In this document: piece after piece, positions 16,489 through 25,765 of the stretch | How positions within the stretch are numbered: the stretch's first letter is position 1 | Layout of the letters: every line of letters begins with the position of its first letter | Virus record (IMG/VR): IMGVR_UViG_3300042311_000577 | Coordinates: 1 to 64,000 of that record | Length of the DNA stretch: 64,000 nt | Source: a virus | Reading direction: 5' to 3' (one strand) | Translations under genes and position numbers: made by a program | Notes under the pieces: generated by a model | Databases searched by the model: none | Seen by the model: only the letters and a program-made list of their open reading frames with translations | Told to the model about the DNA's origin: nothing

Positions 16489-17514
16489 ATGGCAAATTTA
16501 TTTAATGGGGCGGCACCTTTGATACCGGTCAGTGAGAGAGATGCTCTCAAAAAAGCTATCTATAAGATTGAAGCTAGAAGAAAAGGACGTTTAAAATCAT
16601 TGAAAAGTGCATGGCCCAAATTTAATGATGCCTTTTGTGATGGACTAGAGTGGAGAACTATCACCGTTGTGGGTGCTAGGCCTGGTACCGGAAAAACTTT
16701 ATTCATGGAGCAATTAATTGATGATATCATCAAACTTAATAAAGACCATGAATTTACAGTTCTTAAGTTCCAGTTTGAAATGCTTGATGAAACCAATGGT
16801 ATCAGAAAGCTGAGTCTAAATACAGGTTATGATTACAATACATTGATGAGTAAGGCAGAACCATTAGATGATGCCGTATTTGATAAGTGTGTTGAACTTT
16901 ATAAAAACTCCAAGGATAGAGATATTGTTGAAGTTATTTATGATCCATGTACAGTAGATGTAATGTGTGCTACCATTCATAATGAAATGGAGAAGCGGGC
17001 AGTAATGGTGAAAGATAAAGATGGCAACACAGTTAAAAAATACACTAACATGCTTGTCACTATAGATCACTCAGCACTATTTAAAGTAGCTAAAGGGCAA
17101 GAAAAGGATAAGTTTGAGATGCTCTATGCATTAGGTGAAGCACTCACTTATATGAAGAAACATTATCCCGTAGCATTTGTAGTGTTAAGTCAGTTGAATA
17201 GGAATATTGATTCCCCTGACAGACAGAGAGATGGTGAATATGGTAACTATGTATTAGATTCTGATTTATTTGGAGCAGATGCTTTGTTACAACATGCTGA
17301 TGTTGTATTGGGTATAAATAAACCTTCTATAAGAAAAATAAGACATTATGGTCCTGATAAGTATATTATTGAAGATGATGATATTCTTGTTTTTCATTTC
17401 TTAAAATCAAGAAATGGTGTTACTAAGATGAGTTTCTTTAAACTTGATAGAACAAATATGCGGATAATTGAAATAAATCCACCTGCTCAAGCAAAAAGTA
17501 TAAATACAAAATAA
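16489..17514 (+). CDS. dnaB: DnaB-like replicative helicase (SF4)
   Basis: GARPGTGKT, FQFEM, TIDH, VLSQLNR, LLQHADVV, KSRNG. Confidence 0.9.
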   Translation: MANLFNGAAPLIPVSERDALKKAIYKIEARRKGRLKSLKSAWPKFNDAFCDGLEWRTITVVGARPGTGKTLFMEQLIDDIIKLNKDHEFTVLKFQFEMLDETNGIRKLSLNTGYDYNTLMSKAEPLDDAVFDKCVELYKNSKDRDIVEVIYDPCTVDVMCATIHNEMEKRAVMVKDKDGNTVKKYTNMLVTIDHSALFKVAKGQEKDKFEMLYALGEALTYMKKHYPVAFVVLSQLNRNIDSPDRQRDGEYGNYVLDSDLFGADALLQHADVVLGINKPSIRKIRHYGPDKYIIEDDDILVFHFLKSRNGVTKMSFFKLDRTNMRIIEINPPAQAKSINTK

Positions 17515-17516
17515 AA

Positions 17517-18164
17517 ATGGACAGAAAACAAAAAGAAAAAGAGTACTTTGCATATCATGCAGATACCTTTAAAAAACTACTTCTTCCCAATCCTTATTTT
17601 ACTCTAAAAATGGCATTTTTTGAGAAAGGACGTACTGGAAGAAACATTCAACTCTATGAAGGAGAGCTTAAAAAGAATGAAGACATTTACATGGAATTTA
17701 TTGATGTTATCAGAGATGATAAAGGAAATGAATTAGATTATGTAAGTATGTTTGAAGACAGACCTTTATTCAAGTTTAAAGCTAATCCTTTTTATGCTGA
17801 AGAATATGAACTTAGAGAAAGAAGTTCATATTCAGTGTATATTGTGTCAGTAAGTGAGTTATTAGTTGTATTACCTGATGGTAATGAAATCTCTTATGCT
17901 CTTTATGAAAAAAGAAAAGAGGAAGAAAAAAGAGAGAAAAACAAACTACCTCAATTACAGAAAACACTTAGTGTATTTCCTGATTTTGAAGAAGAGTTTG
18001 CTCCTAAAACAGAAGTAGAACTTGACATTCAAAATAATGAAATTGCAGATGCACCATTATCTGAAATGACAATTTTAGATTTTGCATCTATAATGCTGAT
18101 GAAACCAGTAAGTGCAAAGCCTTGGTTAAATGATCTGATTAAACAAACAAAAAGTGAGATATGA
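17517..18164 (+). CDS. hypothetical protein
   Basis: 215-aa ORF in the replication block. Confidence 0.75.
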   Translation: MDRKQKEKEYFAYHADTFKKLLLPNPYFTLKMAFFEKGRTGRNIQLYEGELKKNEDIYMEFIDVIRDDKGNELDYVSMFEDRPLFKFKANPFYAEEYELRERSSYSVYIVSVSELLVVLPDGNEISYALYEKRKEEEKREKNKLPQLQKTLSVFPDFEEEFAPKTEVELDIQNNEIADAPLSEMTILDFASIMLMKPVSAKPWLNDLIKQTKSEI

Positions 18165-18880
18165 GTATAGTACTTCCAACTAAAAAAGTAAAAGCAGAAA
18201 GAGTAAATCCTAAAAGAATTGTAATCTATTCTAAACCTAAAACAGGTAAAACAACTGCATATGCGGGACTTGAAGACAATCTAATATTAGATTTGGAAAA
18301 TGGTACTGAGTATGTAGAAGCTTTAAAAGTAAAAATTACTAATCTTCAAGAACTTTTAGAAGCAGGTAAAGCTATCAAAGAAGCAGGCAAGCCTTATAAG
18401 TTTATTACTGTAGATACTGTAACTGCATTAGAAGAGATGATTATGCCTTTGGCTGTTAAACTTTATAGAGCAACACCAATGGGTAAAAACTTTGATGGTG
18501 ATACTGTAATTACATTACCAAATGGTGCAGGATATTTATATATTCGTCAAGCATTCTTTCAAGTTTTAGATTTTATTGATACATTAGCACCCACAATTAT
18601 TTTATCTGGTCACATTAAAGACAAACAGGTAGATGATAAAGGGGAGATGGTAATGTCTGCAAACATTGATTTGACAGGTAAAATAAAAACTCTAATTTGT
18701 GCTAATGCAGATGCCATTGGGTATATGTATAGAAAAGGTAACAAAACTATTTTGTCTTTTAAGACTAATGAAGAGGTTACTTGTGGTGCAAGACCAGAGC
18801 ATTTACGTAATGAAGAGATAGTAGTTACAGAACTGATTGATGGGGAATTAAAAACCTCATGGGAAAAAGTATTCATTTAA
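18161..18880 (+). CDS. AAA_24/Sak4-like P-loop ATPase
   Basis: YSKPKTGKTT, ILDLENG, TVDTVT, SGH. Confidence 0.8.
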   Translation: MSIVLPTKKVKAERVNPKRIVIYSKPKTGKTTAYAGLEDNLILDLENGTEYVEALKVKITNLQELLEAGKAIKEAGKPYKFITVDTVTALEEMIMPLAVKLYRATPMGKNFDGDTVITLPNGAGYLYIRQAFFQVLDFIDTLAPTIILSGHIKDKQVDDKGEMVMSANIDLTGKIKTLICANADAIGYMYRKGNKTILSFKTNEEVTCGARPEHLRNEEIVVTELIDGELKTSWEKVFI

Positions 18881-18900
18881 TAATTAAAAAATAAAAAACA

Positions 18901-19590
18901 ATGGGATTAAGTACAACAGATTTGGGTGCAGGAAGTAGCAGCTCATCTTTACCAAAAACAATTGCTCCAGGCAATCATGTATTAAAAATTAATAGCATAG
19001 AGCTAGAAGATTTTAGATTTATTGAAGGAGCTAAACATTTGATTCTTCATGTAGAAACTGAACCAATAGAAGGTTTTGAAGGATTTATGTTAGATAAAGA
19101 CAATCCAGAAGCTGGTCACTATGCCGGTCAAATAGGTAGAATCAAAGCAAGTCAGTATGCATATTCAGATGGTGAAACTAAGTCTGGCATTAAAATTCAG
19201 AGAGATAGATCAATTCTAATTTTTCTACAGAGTTTGTCTAAAACTCTTGGAATAAATGATTGGTTTATTGAGCAAGATGGTCAACATGAAACTATTGAAG
19301 ATTTTGTTGTAGCATTTAGCAAAAATGCTCCATTCAAAGATAAGTATCTTGAATTTTGTGTAGCAGGTAAAGAATATCTTAACAAGAATGACTATACTAA
19401 CTATGACATGTGGCTTCCTAAAGCAGAAAATAAAAAATATAGTTTTGGTGAAGTTGAAGGTGGTAAAGTTATTCCTTATGATGAAACTAAGCATCTTAAA
19501 AAATTAGAAGTTAAGGATGTAAATAAATTTGGTGATGATGATGATTTTTCATCTCCAAGTAATCTTTCTACTGATTTCAATCTAGACTAG
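18901..19590 (+). CDS. putative single-stranded DNA-binding protein
   Basis: Follows the Sak4-like ATPase; IAPGNHVLKI start and acidic tail DDDDF..DFNLD. Confidence 0.6.
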   Translation: MGLSTTDLGAGSSSSSLPKTIAPGNHVLKINSIELEDFRFIEGAKHLILHVETEPIEGFEGFMLDKDNPEAGHYAGQIGRIKASQYAYSDGETKSGIKIQRDRSILIFLQSLSKTLGINDWFIEQDGQHETIEDFVVAFSKNAPFKDKYLEFCVAGKEYLNKNDYTNYDMWLPKAENKKYSFGEVEGGKVIPYDETKHLKKLEVKDVNKFGDDDDFSSPSNLSTDFNLD

Positions 19591-19603
19591 TTATTGTAAC
19601 AAT

Positions 19604-19633
19604 AATAGGGGGAATTCAGTTCCCCCTATTTTT
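19604..19633 (+). terminator. intrinsic terminator
   Basis: AATAGGGGGAA-TTCAG-TTCCCCCTATT plus T-run. Confidence 0.8.
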
Positions 19634-19644
19634 ATTTTATAGAG

Positions 19645-20625
19645 ATGCTATCTACTAAAAACTTAATAGCCAGATTAGAAGATATACCCAAAGAATGGGT
19701 TTTTGAGTTTTATCTGGGTCTTACTGAAAAACTTACTGGACAGAGTCTCAAGATCAAATCTATTTTTAATAGTTCTGATAAAGTACCGTCTATGTATATC
19801 TATGTAGATAATAAGAACACTTACAAGTATAAGGATTTTTCCTCCGGACATGGTGGTGATGCATTAGATCTTGTAAAAAACTTATTTAATCTTCCTGAAA
19901 GGAATAGAGCCTCTTTTAAAATTATTGATGATTATAATGACTATATAAAAACTCATGAGCCACCTCCTATTGTAAGCATAAAACCACATAGTAAATTCAG
20001 AGTTTTTGATTATGAGATTAGACATTGGAATAACTTAGATCAAAATTATTGGAGTGGTTTTGGAATTGGATCAAAAATGCTTGAGTTTTATAATGTAGCT
20101 CCGTTATCATTTTATGAAATGGCAAAAGAAGATAATTTAGGAATACAAAGTACTATGAGAATTTCAAATAACTATATCTATGGTTATTTTAAAAAAGACG
20201 GAACCTTGTATAAAATATATCAGCCTAAGATAAAAGATAATAAGTTTATTAAAGTTCAAGATTATGTCCAAGGTAGTGAGCAACTTAGAGGAGATAAGAA
20301 ATTTCTTATAATTACTTCATCATTAAAAGATCTAATGGCATTTACAAAGCTAAAAATTACTGATGCTGAATCAATTGCTCCAGACAGTGAAAATTCAATG
20401 ATTCATCCTAATTATATGCAAAAAGCAATTAAGCATTATAAGAAAGTATTTGTTTTATTTGACAATGATGATCCAGGTAAAATGTCTGCAGAAAAATATA
20501 AGAAAACTTATGGAGTAGAATCAATCAATCTCCCTATGGAGAAAGATCTATCTGATTCAGTAAAACTCCATGGTGTAGATGCTGTAAGAAAAGTATTACT
20601 ACCTTTATTAAAACAAGCATTATGA
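19645..20625 (+). CDS. DnaG-type DNA primase (TOPRIM)
   Basis: Degenerate zinc-binding domain (PSM..YKDFSSGHGGD), LFDNDDPG, KDLSD. Confidence 0.8.
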   Translation: MLSTKNLIARLEDIPKEWVFEFYLGLTEKLTGQSLKIKSIFNSSDKVPSMYIYVDNKNTYKYKDFSSGHGGDALDLVKNLFNLPERNRASFKIIDDYNDYIKTHEPPPIVSIKPHSKFRVFDYEIRHWNNLDQNYWSGFGIGSKMLEFYNVAPLSFYEMAKEDNLGIQSTMRISNNYIYGYFKKDGTLYKIYQPKIKDNKFIKVQDYVQGSEQLRGDKKFLIITSSLKDLMAFTKLKITDAESIAPDSENSMIHPNYMQKAIKHYKKVFVLFDNDDPGKMSAEKYKKTYGVESINLPMEKDLSDSVKLHGVDAVRKVLLPLLKQAL

Positions 20626-20951
20626 GTTTAGAAAGAACAATGAATGACCTTGAAGAGCATATTGACTATGCTAGTAGTTTTTTTGGAGATCTAAGACATA
20701 AAATTGAGATAGAGTTAAAGGACCTCAATGAAGAAATAGCTGAACTTAAAGATGAGATATCTACACTTGAAGCACAAAATATACTTCTTGAAGAACAGTT
20801 AGAAGATCTTAAAAAAGAAAATACTATGTTTCAACTTGAGTTAGCTGAAATAACAATCCATTACTTACACCATAAAGGTGAAAATGAAGTTTTTAAAAGT
20901 AAATTAATACACATGCAACGTGAGCTGGATTTATCAAGGAAAAGAATTTAA
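20622..20951 (+). CDS. coiled-coil hypothetical protein
   Basis: Heptad-rich 109 aa. Confidence 0.65.
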   Translation: MSLERTMNDLEEHIDYASSFFGDLRHKIEIELKDLNEEIAELKDEISTLEAQNILLEEQLEDLKKENTMFQLELAEITIHYLHHKGENEVFKSKLIHMQRELDLSRKRI

Positions 20952-21345
20952 TGAAGGTGACATACCTCAAGGAGGTGTAGGATTTATTTATATTATGACT
21001 GCTATCATAGATGGTAAGTCTGTTGCATACATTGGTAAGAAGAACTTCTTTGCCAATATTAAAAGACCTCTAGGTAAAAAAGCTCTAGCAATGTCCACAG
21101 ACAAGAGACTTAAAAAGTACAAAAGGGAGCTTAAGCCAGACTTCATGAATTATTACAGCAGTAATAAAGTTTTAAAGGAAGCTCACAAAGCTGGAATACC
21201 AATCAAAAGAGAAATTCTTGTCATTTGTTCTACTCAGATGGAGCTGACATATCAAGAAGTAAAGCACCAATTTCAATATGAAGTGCTTGAGAAAGATGAG
21301 TTTTTAAACGGGAACATTCTAGGAAGGTTCTACAAAACAAAGTAA
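20920..21345 (+). CDS. GIY-YIG family nuclease
   Basis: GFIYIMT...AYIGKK, YYSSN, E..Q and NGNI motifs; GTG start. Confidence 0.75.
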   Translation: MSWIYQGKEFNEGDIPQGGVGFIYIMTAIIDGKSVAYIGKKNFFANIKRPLGKKALAMSTDKRLKKYKRELKPDFMNYYSSNKVLKEAHKAGIPIKREILVICSTQMELTYQEVKHQFQYEVLEKDEFLNGNILGRFYKTK

Positions 21346-21347
21346 TT

Positions 21348-21614
21348 ATGAAAAAACTATTTATTTGTCTTGGCTTAGTAGCCTTGACTCTAACAGCATG
21401 TACTGAAAATTCAAGAGTAAAAGCTTGGGGTGGTGAAGGAACAATTGATCTACCTAAAGGAAGAAAGTTAGTAAATGTAACTTGGAAAGAAGCAGAAATT
21501 TGGTATTTAACAAGACCAATGGATTCTAATGATGTAGCTGAAACATATAGATTTCAAGAGCAATCATCGTGGGGTATGATTGAAGGTGTGTATAACATTG
21601 TAGAAAGCAAATAA
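21348..21614 (+). CDS. lipoprotein
   Basis: Signal peptide with lipobox LTA-C. Confidence 0.75.
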   Translation: MKKLFICLGLVALTLTACTENSRVKAWGGEGTIDLPKGRKLVNVTWKEAEIWYLTRPMDSNDVAETYRFQEQSSWGMIEGVYNIVESK

Positions 21615-21616
21615 TC

Positions 21617-22018
21617 ATGACAGAGGTAGAACTAACAACAGTCTTATTCAAATTGGCTGATTTAGGTATTACAGGTGTTAAAGTAAAATATGATGGTGGA
21701 GGAGACTCCGGTGCCATAGAATGGATTGGTATTACAAAACAATCATGTGAAACTCCAGAAGAAGTATGTGATAGAGTAAATGATTGGGAAACTGAATCTA
21801 ACTTAGCAAATGTTGATGGAGGTTTATATAGTGAAATTGAAAATTTTGCAGATGAGATTCTTAGTGATATAGAAGACTGGTGGAATAATGAAGGTGGTTA
21901 TGGAGATTTGTGTATATGTATTCCTTCTGGAAAGTATGTTATAAATAATCATGTAAGAATTACTGAAACTGAAGATTTCTTTCATGATGGAGATTTATTA
22001 AGTAAAACAGAAGAATAA
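21617..22018 (+). CDS. conserved hypothetical protein (DUF6878-like)
   Basis: YDGGGDSG...WWNNEGGYG motifs. Confidence 0.7.
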   Translation: MTEVELTTVLFKLADLGITGVKVKYDGGGDSGAIEWIGITKQSCETPEEVCDRVNDWETESNLANVDGGLYSEIENFADEILSDIEDWWNNEGGYGDLCICIPSGKYVINNHVRITETEDFFHDGDLLSKTEE

Positions 22019-22185
22019 TGGAAGATTTTGAAAGATGGTTAATAGATGAAGTTGAAACTCAGACATTAACAGATGAATTAAAAGATGAAATACTTGAAAA
22101 AGTAAAATTTGCACTTGAAGATGCTTATGGTGAAGGATATCATGATGCTAAAGAAAGTATATTGAATCATATAAATAACATGTAA
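22018..22185 (+). CDS. small acidic hypothetical protein (55 aa, not in the ORF track)
   Basis: MEDFERWLIDEV...NHINNM; TAATG coupling at both ends. Confidence 0.7.
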   Translation: MEDFERWLIDEVETQTLTDELKDEILEKVKFALEDAYGEGYHDAKESILNHINNM

Positions 22186-22442
22186 TGAATAAAGAAAAAT
22201 TTATTACTGGTAAAAATTTACAAGAAAACATTGATAAATTTATTAGGAGAAAAAGAGGACTTGAAGAAGCTCTTAAATCATGTTTTACATCAGTAACAGT
22301 ACAATACTCAGCAGGTGCTTTTGGAAGAAAAAGTGAAGTTTCTTTATATGATAAAGAAGGTATAAAAGATCTTATTAAAAGAGAGCTTGACAGTGTTACA
22401 ATAGCTTTAGCTGATTTAGAAGAAGAATTTAAAAATCTTTAG
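22185..22442 (+). CDS. hypothetical protein
   Basis: 85-aa ORF. Confidence 0.7.
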   Translation: MNKEKFITGKNLQENIDKFIRRKRGLEEALKSCFTSVTVQYSAGAFGRKSEVSLYDKEGIKDLIKRELDSVTIALADLEEEFKNL

Positions 22443-22443
22443 T

Positions 22444-22791
22444 ATGGCACATCCTTGGCAACATGCAAAGTCCTCAGCTAAAAAGTTTGGAGGTTGTCCT
22501 ACTGACTATTTAGAAATCCATCAATGGTTTGATGAAACTAAAGCTTGGATTGGACACAGTATGCATAGAATGTTCAGACACCACAGTGAAGGTATATTTG
22601 AATGTGAAAAAAGATTTGGTATGACTATTACCAACTCTGACGGTAAAGATGTATATGTAAGATATGTTGGAGAACAGCATGTCAAAGAGGATTGCAATAA
22701 TTATATTCCTACTGCAAAAGAATGGGCTGATATGATTGCAAGTGGTAAACCACAAGAGTGGGCATTAAAAACTTTAAAAATTGAAGACTGA
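22444..22791 (+). CDS. conserved His-rich protein (DUF6915-like)
   Basis: MAHPWQHAKSS..FGG..DY..IH.WFD.TK...HRMFRHHSEG...EQHVKED. Confidence 0.75.
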   Translation: MAHPWQHAKSSAKKFGGCPTDYLEIHQWFDETKAWIGHSMHRMFRHHSEGIFECEKRFGMTITNSDGKDVYVRYVGEQHVKEDCNNYIPTAKEWADMIASGKPQEWALKTLKIED

Positions 22792-23210
22792 TGGCAAAAA
22801 TGATTTTTGACAAAGAAGAAACAAGAAATTTATTAAACATGTTACAATCCTCTGATAGAGAGAATCATATTGTAGCATTTCAGGCATTGAAGAATGTTGA
22901 TGTAGATAAATACATAGGAGAGTTACTTGTAATGTACAAGTTCTCTGGTGTACCAAAATCTGACTGGTCTGAAGCTGGGAAGAAAATACACAGTAAATTA
23001 GTGAGTATAGTTGGAGAAAGTAATCTTAGTAGTCCAAGAACTCTTAGTCTTATTACAGCTCAGAGGGGCTCTAAGACTTCAGTAGAGTTGTTTATGGAAT
23101 ATTTTGTCAGAGATATGACAAGTATGTTGGAGCAAATTGGGTACCCAACAGATAGTTTTGAAATAAACATTAAACTAAAAGACAATGGACAAACAACAGA
23201 GTCTAAGTAA
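22791..23210 (+). CDS. hypothetical protein
   Basis: 139-aa ORF; NMLQSSDRENHIVA resembles DMFKSSDNDNHILA in ORF 25766. Confidence 0.7.
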   Translation: MAKMIFDKEETRNLLNMLQSSDRENHIVAFQALKNVDVDKYIGELLVMYKFSGVPKSDWSEAGKKIHSKLVSIVGESNLSSPRTLSLITAQRGSKTSVELFMEYFVRDMTSMLEQIGYPTDSFEINIKLKDNGQTTESK

Positions 23211-24489
23211 AACAGGTAAAGAACTAATGTTGAAAGAGCCCTATTATGGGTTCTTTCTCATTATGTTGAATAAGTTATGGGATAGCAGAAGAGTTCCTAC
23301 AGCTGGTGTTAGTAAGAATGGTATTAATTATCAGCTTACTATTAATCCGGAGTTTTGGGAAGGTCTTAGTGAAGATCACAGACTTGGTTTATTGAAGCAT
23401 GAGTTACTTCATATTGCTTTTGGACATCTTACAACATTCTTTAAGTTTACTGATAAGAAGCTAGCCAATGTTGCAATGGACATGGAAATCAATCAGTATA
23501 TTGATAGAAACTGGTTGCCTGGCGGGGAGTATACCAAAGAAGAAGTTGATGCTATTAAAGAACAAGTAAAGCTTGAAATTCTTGAAGCAAGAGAAAGAGA
23601 TGCTCCATTAGATGAAATTATGGAGATTGCAAGAAAGATTCCTCCTAGAGGTATCATGATTGAAGACTATGCTGATCTTAATCTTGATTTAAAAGCCGGT
23701 GCCAGATATTATTATGACAAACTTAAGGAACTTAAGGATGAAAAAGATAAGAATGGTACTTGTGGTAATCAAGCAATGGATGATCTCTTAGATGACATTG
23801 AAGAAGGAGATGTTCCTGATCATAGTACATGGGAAGACTTTGAAAATCTTACTGAGGCAGAACAGAAATTGATTGATAAGCAGTTACAAAAAGTTCTTAC
23901 TGATGCTAAAGAGCAAACTATCAAGAAAAGAGGTACTGTTCCCGGGGAAATTGAAGGAGTTATTATTGTAGAAGAAGTAGTTCCACCTAAATTTGATTGG
24001 AGAGGCTTTATTAGAAGATTTACTGGTGTAAGTACAAAAGTATTCACCAAGAAAATTAGGAGAAAAGAGAACCGCAGATTTGAAGCAAATCCTGGTCTTA
24101 AAGTAAAAATGAGGCAACATATGTTGTTGGCTATAGATACTTCAGGATCTGTTAGTGATGCTGAACTTAAAGAGTTCATGAGTGAAATCTACCATATTTA
24201 TAAATGTGGTGTTGATATTACTATTGTGCAGTGTGATACAAGAATCAATTCAATTGAACCTTACAAAGGTAAATTTGAAATGAATGTGAGAGGAAGAGGT
24301 GGGACTGAATTTGATCCCGTCCTAGAATATTTTAATGAAAACCTGAAGAAATATACAAGCCTGGTGTATTTTACTGATGGTGAATGTTATACAAGTGTAA
24401 GACCAAAAGGAAATGTTCTTTGGGTCTTGTCCGAGAGATCAAGCATGAATGATAGATTGCCAGGTAAAGTAATTAAGTTAGAACTATAA
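23185..24489 (+). CDS. metallopeptidase-like + vWA domain protein (DUF2201-like)
   Basis: HELLH (HExxH) and NVAMD; MIDAS motif DTSGS; GRGGT.F; YFTDG. Confidence 0.85.
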   Translation: MDKQQSLSKTGKELMLKEPYYGFFLIMLNKLWDSRRVPTAGVSKNGINYQLTINPEFWEGLSEDHRLGLLKHELLHIAFGHLTTFFKFTDKKLANVAMDMEINQYIDRNWLPGGEYTKEEVDAIKEQVKLEILEARERDAPLDEIMEIARKIPPRGIMIEDYADLNLDLKAGARYYYDKLKELKDEKDKNGTCGNQAMDDLLDDIEEGDVPDHSTWEDFENLTEAEQKLIDKQLQKVLTDAKEQTIKKRGTVPGEIEGVIIVEEVVPPKFDWRGFIRRFTGVSTKVFTKKIRRKENRRFEANPGLKVKMRQHMLLAIDTSGSVSDAELKEFMSEIYHIYKCGVDITIVQCDTRINSIEPYKGKFEMNVRGRGGTEFDPVLEYFNENLKKYTSLVYFTDGECYTSVRPKGNVLWVLSERSSMNDRLPGKVIKLEL

Positions 24490-24499
24490 AAAAAAGAGT

Positions 24500-25669
24500 A
24501 TGAGCCAAGTACAATTAAATGTTGATGAGTTAAAGAATTTCATTAAACACATGGTTAAGAATAACCAACACATTCAGTCTGAAGGAAAAGTTCCTGTGGC
24601 TATTAATATTGAAGGTGATGCCGGTTTGGGTAAAACTTCTGCTATCATGCAGTTAGGTAAAGAATTACAAATGGATGTTGTAAAGCTTAATTTATCTCAG
24701 TTAGAAGAATTAGGTGACTTGGTTGGGTTTCCTGTAAAAGAATTTCAAATACAAAATGCTGAGGGTAAAACTAAATGGATTGGTGAAGCACAAGTAAATG
24801 CAGCACTACATAAAGGTTTTAAAGTGGTAGATAAAAGGATGTCACATGCTGCTCCTGAGTGGATTCAGGGTAAAGGTGAAGGTGGTTTCTTGATTCTTGA
24901 TGATTATACCAGAGCTGATGCAAGATTTATGCAAGCAACTATGGAGATTCTAGATAGACAAGAATATGTTTCTTGGAAGTTACCAAAGAACTGGCATGTA
25001 CTTTTGACTACTAATCCAGACAATGGAGATTACAATGTAACTTCTCTGGATGTTGCTCAGAAGACTAGATTTATCTCTGTTGAGTTGAAATATGATGCTG
25101 ATGTATGGGCTAAGTGGGCAGAGAAAGCAAACATAGATGGTAGATGTATTAACTTTATGTTGATGCACCCAGAGTTGGTAACTCAAAGAGTTAATCCAAG
25201 ATCTATTACTACTTTCTTCAATGCTATTAGTTCTGTACCTAAGTTTGAAGATGATCTTCCATTGATTCAAATGATTGGTGAGGGTTCTGTTGGTGTAGAT
25301 TTTAGTTCAATGTTTACTATGTTCATTAATAACAAACTAGATAGAATAATCAGTCCTGCAGATATCTTGACTAAAGATGAGCAGTATGTAATGAATTCCT
25401 TGACTAATGCAGTTGGTAAAGATGATGATTTCCGTGCTGATATCTCTAGTGTAATTGCAACAAGGATAATCAATTATTCATTAACACTTGCAGATAAAGG
25501 ATCCATTGCTAAACCTATTATTGATAGGATAGCTAAACTTACTACAGACTGTGAAGCATTCACTAATGACCTTAGATATTACATGGTCAAAGAGATTGTT
25601 AATGGAAACAAAGTTAAGTTCAGTCAATTGATGATGAATCCAGACGTGGTGAAGATGGCTGTCAAGTAA
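24500..25669 (+). CDS. MoxR-like AAA+ ATPase
   Basis: GDAGLGKT, LILDDYTRA, TTNP, LDVAQKTRF, NPRS; adjacent to the vWA gene. Confidence 0.85.
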   Translation: MSQVQLNVDELKNFIKHMVKNNQHIQSEGKVPVAINIEGDAGLGKTSAIMQLGKELQMDVVKLNLSQLEELGDLVGFPVKEFQIQNAEGKTKWIGEAQVNAALHKGFKVVDKRMSHAAPEWIQGKGEGGFLILDDYTRADARFMQATMEILDRQEYVSWKLPKNWHVLLTTNPDNGDYNVTSLDVAQKTRFISVELKYDADVWAKWAEKANIDGRCINFMLMHPELVTQRVNPRSITTFFNAISSVPKFEDDLPLIQMIGEGSVGVDFSSMFTMFINNKLDRIISPADILTKDEQYVMNSLTNAVGKDDDFRADISSVIATRIINYSLTLADKGSIAKPIIDRIAKLTTDCEAFTNDLRYYMVKEIVNGNKVKFSQLMMNPDVVKMAVK

Positions 25670-25728
25670 TTGAAACATAAAGGGTTTTCCCCTTTTAATT
25701 TAACATACTTATAATTAAAAACAAACAT

Positions 25729-25752
25729 AGGGGGAGATAAAACTCCCCTTAT
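25729..25752 (+). terminator. hairpin, possible terminator
   Basis: GGGGAG-ATAAAA-CTCCCC. Confidence 0.5.
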
Positions 25753-25765
25753 TAAACTTAAGACA

